A stretch of 64,000 nucleotides of DNA from Dipteris shenzhenensis (Eukaryota), in NCBI GenBank assembly GCA_047967505.1, contig CM106538.1, one strand, 5' to 3'. Below are positions 62,520 through 64,000 of this stretch, piece by piece. The notes under the pieces are model-generated. The model was not told the origin of the DNA. It did not search any database and saw only the letters and a list, made by a program, of their open reading frames with translations. Both the position numbers and the translations under genes were made by a program. Within the stretch, counting starts at the first letter, position 1; the number at the start of each line of letters is the position of its first letter.

Positions 62520-63420
62520 TATGGCTCCCCCATGCATGAATGATAAGGACAAGTTGAACGGAGCAAATTATGCTCGCTGGAAACTATAGCTCAAGATTTG
62601 GTTCATTCATAAGGGCTTTGGGAGCTTTTTTTAAGGGGTTTGAAAAGAAACGTGAGCATCCTTCCAATCCCAAGCAGTGGACCCAGGATCAGGAGGATGA
62701 GTTTCAGGAAGAGTTTGCTGAATGGGAAGACAAAGACTTGACAGCACACTCAGTCCTTGTGTGCACCATCATGGAGGAGGTTTCTCCCGCAGTGTAGACA
62801 TTGACGAGTGCTTTCGAGATATGGTCCAAACTAGTGGACCTTTATGCGAGGGACTCAGCGACGAGGGCTGATACTCTAATGGGGTAGCTTCACAGTCTTG
62901 AGTTCTCCAACGATAGTACTATGTAACCCTTGAGTACTCCAATGGTAGTACTATGTAGCTTCACAGTCTTGAGTTCTCCAACAGTAGTACTATGTAACCC
63001 TTCGTGATGTATGCTAAGGTCGTCCATGACCAGCTTTTGTTCATGGGAGCTGCACTGACCTCTCCTTAGTTTGCGGTACTTATTCTCATCAAGCTACCTC
63101 GGGCTTATGACATGGTCTCTTGGGCCTTGCGGTGTCAAGTCTCAGCTAGTCAGCTAGACTTTGATGATCTGCCCCTCTATTGCTCGAAGAGGAGTCAATA
63201 CAATTGTCCTAGGGCAGGCTGCAACTCATTCCAGGTGGAAGCACGGCCCTTTCATCTCAGGAGAAGACCAAGAAGAACTGGAGCAGGTGCTACAAGTGTG
63301 GGAAAGCGGCCATTTGGTGAGGAAGTGTAAGTTCAAGGATAAGTCTCAGGATCAGGACTCGTCCTCAGACTCTGACCACTCCGGAGGCTCCAAGGCAGCA
63401 GCAGGTACCCCGAGATAGTT
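62520..63420 (+). pseudogene. Degenerate Copia gag fragment
   Basis: DKDKLNGANYARWK, EWEDKDLTAHSVL and a knuckle-like CYKCGK..HLVRKC near 63290-63330; local tandem duplications at ~62885-63000. Confidence 0.65.
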
Positions 63421-64000
63421 CCAGCTTTTTGACATTGAGGTGTCTCCCCCTGTGGGTCACAGCTAGAGAGGGCATGTTGGTTGCTTTTGGACCTGTTGAA
63501 ATTCTGGCAGGCATAGGAGACAGTGTGGAGCTATGGACCAGATGTGTTCGGGGTTCATTGTTTCAGGTCACAGTGACTATGGACCAAGGAGCTTGAGTTC
63601 ATTGTACGTGGTTTCTGTATGTGATGAGCTCATTGACAGGTTACTGGACGTGGTGTGTCCCACATTTCATATTCCTCCATTGGGAACCCATAGCGACTAG
63701 CTTGGGATATTACAGAACACATGACTTCTTTGGAGCATCAGTTGACATTTCTTCGAGTTACCAGGCGCCTTGGAGCTATCTTCCAGGACATTTCCTGTTG
63801 GAGAGTCCATGATGGTTTCTTCATTGGCCGGCTCCCTCAGATCATTGTACACCATGAGCTGCAGAGAGGGTGTTATAGTTGAGGTCATCTCAGGTGTAGA
63901 TCTAGTGAGAGAGGGCTTCTATTATGGGTATGCCTGCCCCCTTTCAGGCTAGGATAGGGAGAGAGTAGAGGGCTGGCAGGCCCATTTCAGTGGGCTGCTA

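Noticed and set aside
47568-64000. Search for the next ICS exon starting VVLAR
   Set aside because: No convincing acceptor plus motif found by eye; it probably lies beyond the window, but a short exon could have been missed.
11864-64000. Antisense orientation bias of intronic TEs
   Set aside because: Both orientations are well represented (roughly nine minus and seven plus), so no bias can be claimed.

Overview
Repeat-rich land-plant genomic DNA; the element families and gene structure suggest a seed-free plant such as a fern (inference). One host gene runs on the + strand. It has seven splice-phase-consistent exons (11153-47567, 357 codons) encoding a putative plastid transit peptide and the N-terminal half of an isochorismate synthase (MenF/ICS) domain, either a stand-alone ICS or the first module of PHYLLO. 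I found no further exon before the window ends. Its long introns (about 5, 18 and 10 kb, and probably >16 kb) are filled with nested retroelements: a very young near-intact Copia (24385-30280), older Copia and chromovirus-type Gypsy elements, an L1 LINE and many RTEX-like LINE pieces. Upstream there are three structures: a tandemly duplicated Helitron-like unit with PIF1 helicase fused to an APE endonuclease (Helentron-type), a Gypsy element whose gag and pol remnants point toward each other between one LTR pair, and a divergently oriented spliced pseudogene apparently disrupted by that insertion. The most unusual signals are the endonuclease-bearing Helitron, the convergent gag/pol element, a dense (CC)GTAC motif array shared by the 5' regions of two unrelated retroelements, and an in-frame L1/RTEX LINE chimera. 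All calls come from reading the sequence by eye; no database searches were run.
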